This document shows, piece after piece, positions 36,897-44,974 of a stretch of DNA of 58,269 nt; within the stretch, counting starts at the first letter, position 1; each line of letters starts with the position of its first letter. The DNA lies in the IMG/VR virus record IMGVR_UViG_3300027782_000098, positions 1 through 58,269 of that record. One strand, written 5' to 3'. The notes under the pieces are model-generated. The model did no database searches. It had not been told where the DNA came from and was given only the letters and a program-made list of their open reading frames with translations. A program made the translations under genes and the position numbers. Origin of the DNA: a virus. Its lineage: Duplodnaviria > Caudoviricetes.

Positions 36897-36952
36897 ATTG
36901 TAGTGGACGCAAGCTCATCACTTGCTCATGGGCTTCCACCGAGCCCCTTTTG

Positions 36953-37024
36953 CGGTCCCACGGAGAATCGAACTCCGAACTCAGCCGTGACAGGGCTGCA
37001 TTATAGCCGTTTAACTATGAGACC
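36953..37024 (-). tRNA. tRNA-Asp(GUC)
   Basis: Anticodon arm CAGCC-CTGTCAC-GGCTG. Confidence 0.9.
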
Positions 37025-37295
37025 AATTGTCCCCACCTGAGATTATAGTGAGTAGATTTTAACGGTTTTTTCGTCTTGAAAAAACATATCCCCTATTATC
37101 GTGTACAACCCCAAATAGGTTAACCGTAAGATAGGTCTTTTTCATTAGTGTCTTACCACATAAAAAAAGTCAAACATACTCGGTGGGTTTGTTAAGTCCA
37201 TTCTCCGAGAACCCCCTCTATAAAGTCGTGGAAGGCTACAACTATACCATTCTTAAGTAACGGTACCAAAACTATTGGGTATCTCTTACCCTTTG

Positions 37296-37367
37296 AGCGA
37301 ATGAGAGGAATCGAACCTCCGTCTCCTACTTGGAAGGAAGGAGTAATGACCATTATACGACATTCGC
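37296..37367 (-). tRNA. tRNA-Gly(UCC)
   Basis: Anticodon loop CTTCCAA; G1-C72, C2-G71, U73. Confidence 0.9.
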
Positions 37368-37372
37368 AATTG

Positions 37373-37444
37373 CGTCCCCTCAAGGATTCGAACCTTGGAC
37401 CTATTCGTTAACAGCGAATTGCTCTACCGCTGAGCTAAAAAGAC
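37373..37444 (-). tRNA. tRNA-Asn(GUU)
   Basis: Anticodon arm ATTCG-CTGTTAA-CGAAT; G73. Confidence 0.88.
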
Positions 37445-37449
37445 GATTG

Positions 37450-37523
37450 TCGGGGTGGCAGGATTTGAACCTACGACCTCTTGGTCCCAAACCAAGCGCG
37501 ATACCGAGCTACGCTACACCCCG
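37450..37523 (-). tRNA. tRNA-Pro(UGG)
   Basis: Anticodon arm CTTGG-TTTGGGA-CCAAG; C1-G72. Confidence 0.92.
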
Positions 37524-37558
37524 TCTATTTTTATTTTCCCATAAACCAAAGAACACTA

Positions 37559-37589
37559 CAAAGGTAATCAAAAAACCTTATAAAACAAA
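37559..37589 (-). promoter_or_regulatory. Bacteroidota sigma-A type promoter for tRNA array 2
   Basis: TTTG-N19-TACCTTTG, followed by boxA-like GTTCTTTG. Confidence 0.8.
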
Positions 37590-37620
37590 AAACCCTGAAC
37601 TTTATGTGTTCAGGGTTTTT
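37582..37620 (-). terminator. Attenuator terminator of leader 2
   Basis: AAAAACCCTGAAC-ACATAAA-GTTCAGGGTTTTT followed by TGTTTT. Confidence 0.85.
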
Positions 37621-37642
37621 AAATTTGGCTTCATTACTACCA

Positions 37643-37732
37643 TTATTTAACATCTGAACACGAGCATAGATTCCCTGTACCGTCGTTTGTCGGTGCTAAA
37701 GCTAATCTATTAAGCGTGTTTAATGTTGTCAT
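37643..37732 (-). CDS. Leader peptide 2 (29 aa), putative attenuator of tRNA array 2
   Basis: MTTLNTLNRLALAPTNDGTGNLCSCSDVK*. Codons 2-22 use only amino acids of the tRNAs at 34664-37523. Confidence 0.85.
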   Translation of the reverse strand: MTTLNTLNRLALAPTNDGTGNLCSCSDVK

Positions 37733-37737
37733 AATGT

Positions 37738-37745
37738 TATAAATA
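37738..37745 (-). promoter_or_regulatory. Putative phage late promoter TATTTATA upstream of leader 2
   Basis: Same motif precedes most structural genes in the window. Confidence 0.65.
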
Positions 37746-37770
37746 GTAATAAAAATTAAAAAATCAAACC

Positions 37771-38031
37771 CTAAAGGTATTTTTTAAACAAATCTTGTAA
37801 AATTTTATCATCTTCTTGAGATATACGATAATAAGATTCACTTAATTTATTCATTTTTTCAAGGAATTCTTCCTCTAAATTTCCTCGACGAACTTCAGTC
37901 GTATTACGAACTGTTTGAGGTAGATGTCCCGCATCAATTAACTCATCAATAAGTTCTTTAATTTCGTTTTTGCTGCATTCTGAGACAAACTCATAAGGTT
38001 CAACCTCAACATAACTGGTAAAATCTGGCAT
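37771..38031 (-). CDS. Hypothetical protein
   Basis: 86 aa ORF. Confidence 0.6.
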   Translation of the reverse strand: MPDFTSYVEVEPYEFVSECSKNEIKELIDELIDAGHLPQTVRNTTEVRRGNLEEEFLEKMNKLSESYYRISQEDDKILQDLFKKYL

Positions 38032-38069
38032 AGTTTATTTATTTAAAATGTTAAAAATTTTTCTTTGAG

Positions 38070-38285
38070 TTATTCGTTGTCGTAATCTTCCTCATAACTT
38101 TCAATTTTGTCCTCAACGTATTTACGAATTTTTCTCATGTTATCCAATAATTCCAATCTTAGTTTATGGAACTCTTCATCTTTGATTTCCTCAAATGAGC
38201 TGTAATGTTCAAAACAATAATCCATACCTTCATCTCTCATTCGGTAATCTACCGCTCGCCAATTTTCTAATTCTTCTTCTGTCAT
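38070..38285 (-). CDS. Hypothetical protein
   Basis: 71 aa ORF overlapping the mgsA stop codon. Confidence 0.6.
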   Translation of the reverse strand: MTEEELENWRAVDYRMRDEGMDYCFEHYSSFEEIKDEEFHKLRLELLDNMRKIRKYVEDKIESYEEDYDNE

Positions 38286-38677
38286 AAATTTTCTTTTTCT
38301 AATTTTCTTTCTAAACCTGAAATAATATAAGACGCTGTCATGTAATTTGTTGCAAGTGGTGTATTATACACATTACAAATTCTTAATAACATATTAACAT
38401 CCACTTGGTGGGGATGAACCTCCAACGGGTCGATAAAAAACACAACACCTGAAATTTCACCATCAGCAATCATTGACGCAATTTGAGCATCACCACCAAG
38501 TGGACCCGATTTCATACATTGAACATCTAATCCAGCATGTTCAATATGTCTTCCTGTTGTTCCTGTCGCAATAACGTCAACTTTTTTAAAGAAGTCCAAT
38601 CTTTTCATAATGAAAGCAACCATATCGGCTTTCTTACCATCATGAGCAATAACAGCAATTTTCATTTTTTTATTCAT
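38282..38677 (-). CDS. mgsA: Methylglyoxal synthase
   Basis: IAVIAHDGKK, ATGTTG, SGPLGGDAQI, FFIDPL..HPH..DV..L.R.C.V...PLATN. Confidence 0.93.
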   Translation of the reverse strand: MNKKMKIAVIAHDGKKADMVAFIMKRLDFFKKVDVIATGTTGRHIEHAGLDVQCMKSGPLGGDAQIASMIADGEISGVVFFIDPLEVHPHQVDVNMLLRICNVYNTPLATNYMTASYIISGLERKLEKENL

Positions 38678-38680
38678 TTG

Positions 38681-38754
38681 TGGACCAGCCTGGGCTCGAA
38701 CCAGGGACCTACGCATTATGAGTGCGGTGCTCTAACCAACTGAGCTACAAGTCC
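38681..38754 (-). tRNA. tRNA with CAU anticodon (Ile2-like or Met)
   Basis: Cloverleaf; anticodon loop CTCATAA. Confidence 0.85.
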
Positions 38755-38763
38755 GATTTTATT

Positions 38764-38922
38764 TTAAAACAATATTAAGTCTCCCAAATTATTGTCATAT
38801 TCATCATCCCAATTACAAGATAATTCATTATCTAATCCATCCATTAAAGTTACATCAAACTCTTTTATATCTTCCAACTCTTCAGTTGTGTACGTAAATT
38901 TTTCTTTAGGGTCATTTTTCAT
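38764..38922 (-). CDS. Small acidic protein (52 aa)
   Basis: MKNDPKEKF...WDDEYDNNLGDLILF; TATATTTG 4 nt upstream of ATG 38922. Confidence 0.55.
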   Translation of the reverse strand: MKNDPKEKFTYTTEELEDIKEFDVTLMDGLDNELSCNWDDEYDNNLGDLILF

Positions 38923-39164
38923 AGCACAAATATAGTAAGAATTTTTAGTTTTCAAAAGTTTTTTAAGATATTTATAAGAGACGATAATAGACAAAATAAA
39001 ATTGTGTCTTTTGGAAATTGAGAACAACGGTGTGATGAGAAGTGGAAAATCTCGAACCATAAACAACAACTAAATCAAGGTATATTTAAAAAGGGGTGAA
39101 ATAATTTCGTCCCTTTTTTTTGTTTTATACTCAAAATAACCTATTCTTGTGAAAAGAGGTAAAT

Positions 39165-39653
39165 ATGAATAATGTATTAGTATTAAATTACGATTATACC
39201 CCGTTAAATGTAACGAGCACAAGAAGAGGGTTTATATTGGTTGATAAGGGAAAGGCTGAAATTGTAAAATCAGATGAAAATCCAATATATGCAGGTTATA
39301 CCACCTATATAAGACCACTTATTATTAGATTGTTAAGTTACATCAAATTCAATAGAAAATCAACAAGGGTTAACAGAGCAAGGATTTATAAAAGGGATAA
39401 CTACGAGTGTGTTTATTGTGAATCAAAAAAACAATTAACATTAGACCATGTAATTCCAAAATCCAGAGGTGGAGGTAATGAGTGGACTAATCTTGTAACC
39501 TCATGTTTTAAATGTAACCTTAGAAAAGGTAATAGAACTCCTGAAGAAGCAAATATGGTAATGAAGAAAAAACCATACGTACCATCAATGATGAATGAAA
39601 ATGTTGCGTTAAATAAAGCGTGGGATGATTATCAAAAATCATTTGTTTCTTAA
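39165..39653 (+). CDS. HNH endonuclease (McrA-like)
   Basis: VLVLN..Y.PL, RD...[16 protein letters not shown]...W.NLV.SC..CN..KG. Confidence 0.9.
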   Translation: MNNVLVLNYDYTPLNVTSTRRGFILVDKGKAEIVKSDENPIYAGYTTYIRPLIIRLLSYIKFNRKSTRVNRARIYKRDNYECVYCESKKQLTLDHVIPKSRGGGNEWTNLVTSCFKCNLRKGNRTPEEANMVMKKKPYVPSMMNENVALNKAWDDYQKSFVS

Positions 39654-39676
39654 AAAAAATTATTAGATTTTATTAA

Positions 39677-39958
39677 ATGAATTTTATGAAAAGAGAAACA
39701 AAATTAGAAATTGGATTGATATTAACAATCTTATTATGTATTTCTTTAGGTGTTCAATATGGTAATGAGGGGAACAAAAGAATTAAACTTGAAAATTCCG
39801 TGATTGAAAACCGAATTATTATTGATAGTTTGAACGATGAGTTATTTAACACAAGTGTTGAATTATCAAGACATGAATTGACTTTGGATACAATTCTAAA
39901 AAAATATCCAAAAATAAACAAAGAATACGAAGAGTATTATAATCACGAAACAGAATAA
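39677..39958 (+). CDS. Membrane-anchored hypothetical protein
   Basis: N-terminal hydrophobic helix followed by coiled coil. Confidence 0.55.
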   Translation: MNFMKRETKLEIGLILTILLCISLGVQYGNEGNKRIKLENSVIENRIIIDSLNDELFNTSVELSRHELTLDTILKKYPKINKEYEEYYNHETE

Positions 39959-39959
39959 A

Positions 39960-40259
39960 ATGGAAGAAAATCATTTAAACCCAAACGAAGAAGGTTATCA
40001 AGATAACCCACAAGACTTACTTAACTCATCAATGTTATTTGCAAGAGCTTTAGGATTAATTTTTAAAGAAAATGAAGGTATCGTTGTTGACGTTAAAGGT
40101 GATGTTATGTTAGCGGATGATGTTAAAAAAGTAATCATCTTTAAACAAAACAATCAAATCCACATTTTTAAATGTGAAGAAGATGTTGAAGAAGGAATGG
40201 CGGTTAATTTAGGTCCAAACACCGAAGAAACTCAAGAACCTGAAATAACACAAGAATAA
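39960..40259 (+). CDS. Hypothetical protein
   Basis: 99 aa ORF. Confidence 0.55.
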   Translation: MEENHLNPNEEGYQDNPQDLLNSSMLFARALGLIFKENEGIVVDVKGDVMLADDVKKVIIFKQNNQIHIFKCEEDVEEGMAVNLGPNTEETQEPEITQE

Positions 40260-40280
40260 ATTTTAAATTAATATTATTGA

Positions 40281-41948
40281 ATGAGGACATTAGGATTTTC
40301 TGTTGGACACGATAAAGGTGCCGTTATTATTGAAAACGGTAAAGTCGTTGTTGGTATAACACAAGAACGATTATCAAGGATAAAACATGACGGTGCATAT
40401 CAAGGAGGAAAACTTCCTTATGAATCAATCATTTATTGTTTAAATTATTTGGGTATTACTATAAAAGATATTGATTCTTTTGTTTATAGTACTACAGAGC
40501 TTAAAGATGATGTTGAGGAACAGTTTAAAATTTATTTTGGTGATAGACCTTTTAATCTTAAATTTATTCCTCACCATTTAGCTCACGCCTATTCAAGCTT
40601 TTTTAGTTCAGGATTTGAAGATGCTGCGGTTATAGTTGCAGACGCATCAGGTAGTATTTTAAATCATTTAAATAAATTACCTAATTGGTATCCTGATTTT
40701 GAGACTAAAAATTTGGACCTAAATGAAGATTGGACAGAGGGGATATCAATTTATCATCTAACCAAAAAAACATTTAAAGAAGTTTATAAAAAATGGATAA
40801 AATATCCAGTTCCATTAGAAACTGATGATGATGTTTCTGTCGGTACATTATATTCCGAAGGTTCATTACAATTAATATACGAACCAAATGAACATACTTG
40901 GCCTGCAGGTAAACTAATGGGATTAGCGTCTTACGCTAATCAAGATATTGTAAATGAGGCACCTCACTATATTGTTGAAAAAGATGGTGATATTTTTATT
41001 CCAAATAGAAGAATTTACCCTAAAGTAACATATAATTCCGATTTTTATTCAAAAGCTTGTGTTGCTGGGATTTACCAACGAGAACAAGAAAGAGTTTCTT
41101 TAATGTTAGGAAAAAAAGCGAAAGAGTTGACTAAATCAAAAAATGTTTGTGTTGCTGGAGGTTCATTTTTAAATTGTAATTCAAATGAACAAATATTAAA
41201 TTCAGGTCTTTTTGATAATTCATATTTTGTACCTCCTGCCGATGATAGTGGAATTCCTTTAGGGTGTGCTTGGTTTGCATACCAAGAATTAATGGATATC
41301 AAAGAAACTGAAATGTTTAGTCCGTATATCGGTAAACCATATTCAAGAATTGAAGTTATTGAAGCCCTAAACAAACACAATATTTTAAACTATAAAGAAT
41401 ATAATGACATACATGAATTAATTGATGGTATTACTGATGAATTATCTCAAAATAGAGTTATTGGGTGGTTTCAAGGAGGTTCAGAAATAGGTCCAAGAGC
41501 GTTAGGTAATCGTTCAATATTAGCATCACCAATCAATTCTTGGATGACAGGACATATAAATGCTGATATTAAGAAAAGAGAGTGGTATAGACCATTCGCG
41601 CCTGCAGTGTTATTTGACCATCAAAAAGATATTTTTGTATCGGATGTATATTCACCTTATATGATGGTAACAACAACTGTAAAGGAAGATTGGAGAACTA
41701 AAATACCAGCGGTAACTCACATTGATTATTCTGCAAGACATCAATCTGTAACTGAAGCAAGTAATTATAATTTCTATAAATTAATTGAAAGTTTTTATAT
41801 TAAAACTGGTGTTCCTGTTTTACTTAACACAAGTTTTAACGGTCCAAAAGAACCTATTGTTGAAAGTCCTTATGATGCAATAAACACATTTCTAAATTGC
41901 GGTTTAGATTTTTTAGTAATAAATAATTTTGTAATAAGTAAAAATTAA
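40281..41948 (+). CDS. Carbamoyltransferase (NodU/CmcH/TobZ family) 1
   Basis: GHD, ERLSRIKH, HHLAHA, GKLMGLA, GPRALGNRSIL, RPFAP, LLNTSFN. Confidence 0.92.
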   Translation: MRTLGFSVGHDKGAVIIENGKVVVGITQERLSRIKHDGAYQGGKLPYESIIYCLNYLGITIKDIDSFVYSTTELKDDVEEQFKIYFGDRPFNLKFIPHHLAHAYSSFFSSGFEDAAVIVADASGSILNHLNKLPNWYPDFETKNLDLNEDWTEGISIYHLTKKTFKEVYKKWIKYPVPLETDDDVSVGTLYSEGSLQLIYEPNEHTWPAGKLMGLASYANQDIVNEAPHYIVEKDGDIFIPNRRIYPKVTYNSDFYSKACVAGIYQREQERVSLMLGKKAKELTKSKNVCVAGGSFLNCNSNEQILNSGLFDNSYFVPPADDSGIPLGCAWFAYQELMDIKETEMFSPYIGKPYSRIEVIEALNKHNILNYKEYNDIHELIDGITDELSQNRVIGWFQGGSEIGPRALGNRSILASPINSWMTGHINADIKKREWYRPFAPAVLFDHQKDIFVSDVYSPYMMVTTTVKEDWRTKIPAVTHIDYSARHQSVTEASNYNFYKLIESFYIKTGVPVLLNTSFNGPKEPIVESPYDAINTFLNCGLDFLVINNFVISKN

Positions 41949-41950
41949 CT

Positions 41951-43540
41951 ATGAGTTCCATTTATGGTTTTTTTGCAGGCTCACATAGTCCAGTTGTCTC
42001 ATTAGTAAAAGACGGGGAAATAGTGTCTTGTATAGAAGAAGAAAGAATGACACGAATAAAGTCAGGAGATAATTATGACGCTTACCCCGAATTATCCTCA
42101 GATATAATCCAAAAATTTACGAAATTAAATATTGAAGATTCTGACTTTAAAGTTTTTGCCCAACCGACACCAGATAAATTTGCAAGTAGAATAACAGGTG
42201 GTGATTATGAAAAAGTAAGTCACCATGATTCTCATTGTTACGGAGTTTATTACACAAGTGGTATGGAAGGAAAAGTTATGACCATATCATATGATGGTGG
42301 TGGTGACTTTTCTGTTATGAAAATTTATTTGTGTGAGGACGGTAAAATGACTTTATTAAAGGATGATAGAATATCGGAATTTGGTAGTCTATCTCATTTA
42401 TGGGGATTTAGTACTTCAGGTATTATGGGTTATGACAAATACGATGAAGGTGTTTGGAAAATGTGTAAGGACGAAGGTAAACTAATGGGTATGGCTCCAA
42501 ATGGTCGTTTTGACAAAGACATTTATAATATGTTAAATTCTTGTATTGATTATGAAAATTTAAGATTTTTTCCATCTGGTACCGCAACAAAAACTAAATT
42601 TTTAATTGATTCAATGTACCGAAAAGGGTACTTCAACACTCAAGAAAAAAGAGAGATTTTTTCATATAACTTACAAAAGTTAACTGAGGATTTATTTTTA
42701 AAATTCTTAAATGATTTACACCAAATCTACCCTGACTATAAACAATTATGTTTTGCAGGGGGATTATTTGCAAATGTTAAATTAAACCAAAAAATAAACG
42801 AACTTGATTGGGTAGATGAAATGTTTGTATTTCCTGCAATGGGAGATGAAGGATTATCATTAGGTGCATGTATCTATAAATCAGTACAGTTAGGTGAATG
42901 GACAAAACCTAAACGACTTGAAAACTCTTATTTAGGGTTAAAATATACTAACTTGGATGTTGAGAGGGTTTCTGAACATTATTCATTTAATAAAAAACTT
43001 TACGTACCAAGTGAAATTGCTCACGATTTGAATGATGGTAAAATAATTGGATGGTTTAAAGATGGTTTTGAATATGGTCCTAGAGCTTTAGGAGCTAGAA
43101 GTATATTAGTAAGACCAACTGATGTTGGAGCTCATTCGGTTTTAAATAAAAGATTAAAACGAAACGATGTGATGCCATTTGCACCTATTATAATGGATGA
43201 ACATTTTGAAAATGTTTTTGAATATTCTAAATCAAAATATTCTGCAGAATTTATGACAATTTGTTACCCAACTAAAGAATCTTGGATTAATAAAATACCT
43301 GCTGTAATTCAAAAATCAGATAAAACCGCAAGACCTCAAGTTGTTAGAAAAGATAAATTACCTAAGTTTTGGGAAATACTTAATGAGTATTATAAAATAT
43401 CAGGAATTCCTTTGTTATTAAACACATCGTTTAATTCTCACAATGAACCGATTATTGATAACCCAATTCATGCGTTTGAAAAATTAAAAGAAGGTATAAT
43501 TGATAAATTAGTAATTGAAGATTATGTATATTACAATTAA
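41951..43540 (+). CDS. Carbamoyltransferase (NodU/CmcH/TobZ family) 2
   Basis: EEERMTRIK, HHDSH, EGKLMGMA, GPRALGARSIL, LLNTSFN. Confidence 0.92.
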   Translation: MSSIYGFFAGSHSPVVSLVKDGEIVSCIEEERMTRIKSGDNYDAYPELSSDIIQKFTKLNIEDSDFKVFAQPTPDKFASRITGGDYEKVSHHDSHCYGVYYTSGMEGKVMTISYDGGGDFSVMKIYLCEDGKMTLLKDDRISEFGSLSHLWGFSTSGIMGYDKYDEGVWKMCKDEGKLMGMAPNGRFDKDIYNMLNSCIDYENLRFFPSGTATKTKFLIDSMYRKGYFNTQEKREIFSYNLQKLTEDLFLKFLNDLHQIYPDYKQLCFAGGLFANVKLNQKINELDWVDEMFVFPAMGDEGLSLGACIYKSVQLGEWTKPKRLENSYLGLKYTNLDVERVSEHYSFNKKLYVPSEIAHDLNDGKIIGWFKDGFEYGPRALGARSILVRPTDVGAHSVLNKRLKRNDVMPFAPIIMDEHFENVFEYSKSKYSAEFMTICYPTKESWINKIPAVIQKSDKTARPQVVRKDKLPKFWEILNEYYKISGIPLLLNTSFNSHNEPIIDNPIHAFEKLKEGIIDKLVIEDYVYYN

Positions 43541-44168
43541 CGAAGAAAAAATATCAATAGATTTTAATCCAAGTATTCATGTTACGGTTTCAGGACCTGA
43601 TGACTATTATTACATTGAATTAAGAGAGTTTAAAAAAAACGAAGATAAATCTTTATATGTTGAAGGTTTTAGTATTACCGATAAAGAACATATAAGTGGT
43701 AGAAAATTTTTTAATTGTCCTATTGATTTTTACTATGATTTTGAGGTAACAATTTATAAATATGTTGATAAAATAGGGTTAGTTAAAATCTATTCTCATC
43801 GTTTTAATGATAACGGTAAATTAGTGTTATTCAACCTTGATACTTTAGATTATGATGAGTGTTTATTATGGATAGACCGTATTAAAGAGTATCAATTTAA
43901 ACATGGTTGTAAAATCGCGATAAACTCTCACTTTAACCATATAAATAAAAGGTTTGACACTTTTTATTATACAAACAATATAGATTACTACAAAACATAC
44001 AATATTGGTAGGTTTCCAAAGGCTAGTCGTGATTGGAGAACTATTGACCCAAGAAAAGAAGGTCTTATTTGGTTTGGTAATTGGAAAACTTTTTGGTCTT
44101 ACCAACATCCAAAACCTTTTAAAGAATTATCAAGTCAGGAAATTATTGACGATATTTTGGGACTTTAA
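43524..44168 (+). CDS. Hypothetical protein
   Basis: ORF overlapping the end of carbamoyltransferase 2. Confidence 0.6.
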   Translation: MYITINEEKISIDFNPSIHVTVSGPDDYYYIELREFKKNEDKSLYVEGFSITDKEHISGRKFFNCPIDFYYDFEVTIYKYVDKIGLVKIYSHRFNDNGKLVLFNLDTLDYDECLLWIDRIKEYQFKHGCKIAINSHFNHINKRFDTFYYTNNIDYYKTYNIGRFPKASRDWRTIDPRKEGLIWFGNWKTFWSYQHPKPFKELSSQEIIDDILGL

Positions 44169-44205
44169 AATATTTTACCTACATTTGTATCAAATAAAAA
44201 TCAAT

Positions 44206-44886
44206 ATGAATATAGGACAAGAATTCCAAGACTATTATGTTAAACATTTAGGTAAAAGCTCGTTAGATTTACACTACGCAGCAAACCAAATTGAATCGTC
44301 AATGACCCCATACATTTTGGAGGAAAGAGAAATGAGGGTAACTCAAATGGACATCTTTTCAAGATTAATGAGAGACCGTTTGTTATGGGTTGCAGGTCCT
44401 GTTAATGACCACATGTCAACAATCGTACAGGCTCAATTAATGTTCTTAGATTCAACAGATAAAGCCGATATTACAATGCACATTGATTCACCTGGTGGAA
44501 GTGTTAAATCAGGGTTATCTATGGTTGATGTTATGGAATATATTTCTTGTGACATTAGGACAGTAAACACAGGTATGGCGGCTTCAATGGGTTCAGTTTT
44601 GTTAGGTGCGGGAACAAAAGGTAAACGTTCATCATTACGTTTCTCTAAGACAATGTTACACCAATCATCAGGAGGAGCTTATGGTAATATCCAAGACGCT
44701 CGTATTAATATGATTGAGTGGGAAAAAACTAATAAAATTCTTTTTGATTTGTTGGGGTCTTATTGTGGTAAAACTGCGGAACAAGTTACTTTAGATGCGA
44801 CTCGTGATTTATGGTTAAGCGCTGATGAAGCTCTTGAGTATGGTATTATTGACGAGATTGTTAAAACAAAAAAGAAGGGTAATTAA
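44206..44886 (+). CDS. clpP: ATP-dependent Clp protease proteolytic subunit
   Basis: MDIFSRL, IDSPGG, GMAASMG (catalytic Ser), MLHQ, RDLW; ATG 44206 after promoter TACATTTG. Confidence 0.95.
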   Translation: MNIGQEFQDYYVKHLGKSSLDLHYAANQIESSMTPYILEEREMRVTQMDIFSRLMRDRLLWVAGPVNDHMSTIVQAQLMFLDSTDKADITMHIDSPGGSVKSGLSMVDVMEYISCDIRTVNTGMAASMGSVLLGAGTKGKRSSLRFSKTMLHQSSGGAYGNIQDARINMIEWEKTNKILFDLLGSYCGKTAEQVTLDATRDLWLSADEALEYGIIDEIVKTKKKGN

Positions 44887-44974
44887 CCCTTCTTTTTTTG
44901 AGATTTTGGAACACCCCCTTTTGTTTTAGTTCTCATTTATATTCAGGAACCTTCACTCCATGAATTCCTTTAAC

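Noticed and set aside
36902-36946. Theta/HDV-like ribozyme
   Set aside because: Missing the nested P3/P1.1 double pseudoknot and the J4/2 catalytic segment; kept only as an unknown pseudoknot.
34588-37650. ORFs 34588-34800, 34801-35049, 34893-35078, 36818-37006, 37192-37383, 37330-37650
   Set aside because: They overlap tRNA genes and have no protein-like features.
32564-37745. T-box riboswitches as the explanation for the tRNA-array leaders
   Set aside because: No T-box consensus (AGGGTGGNACCGCG-like) or specifier stem seen; the signal is in translated codons, which fits leader-peptide attenuation.
44005-44205. N-terminal extension of ClpP in the ORF track
   Set aside because: It overlaps the upstream gene, and a promoter motif at 44180-44187 supports the ATG at 44206.
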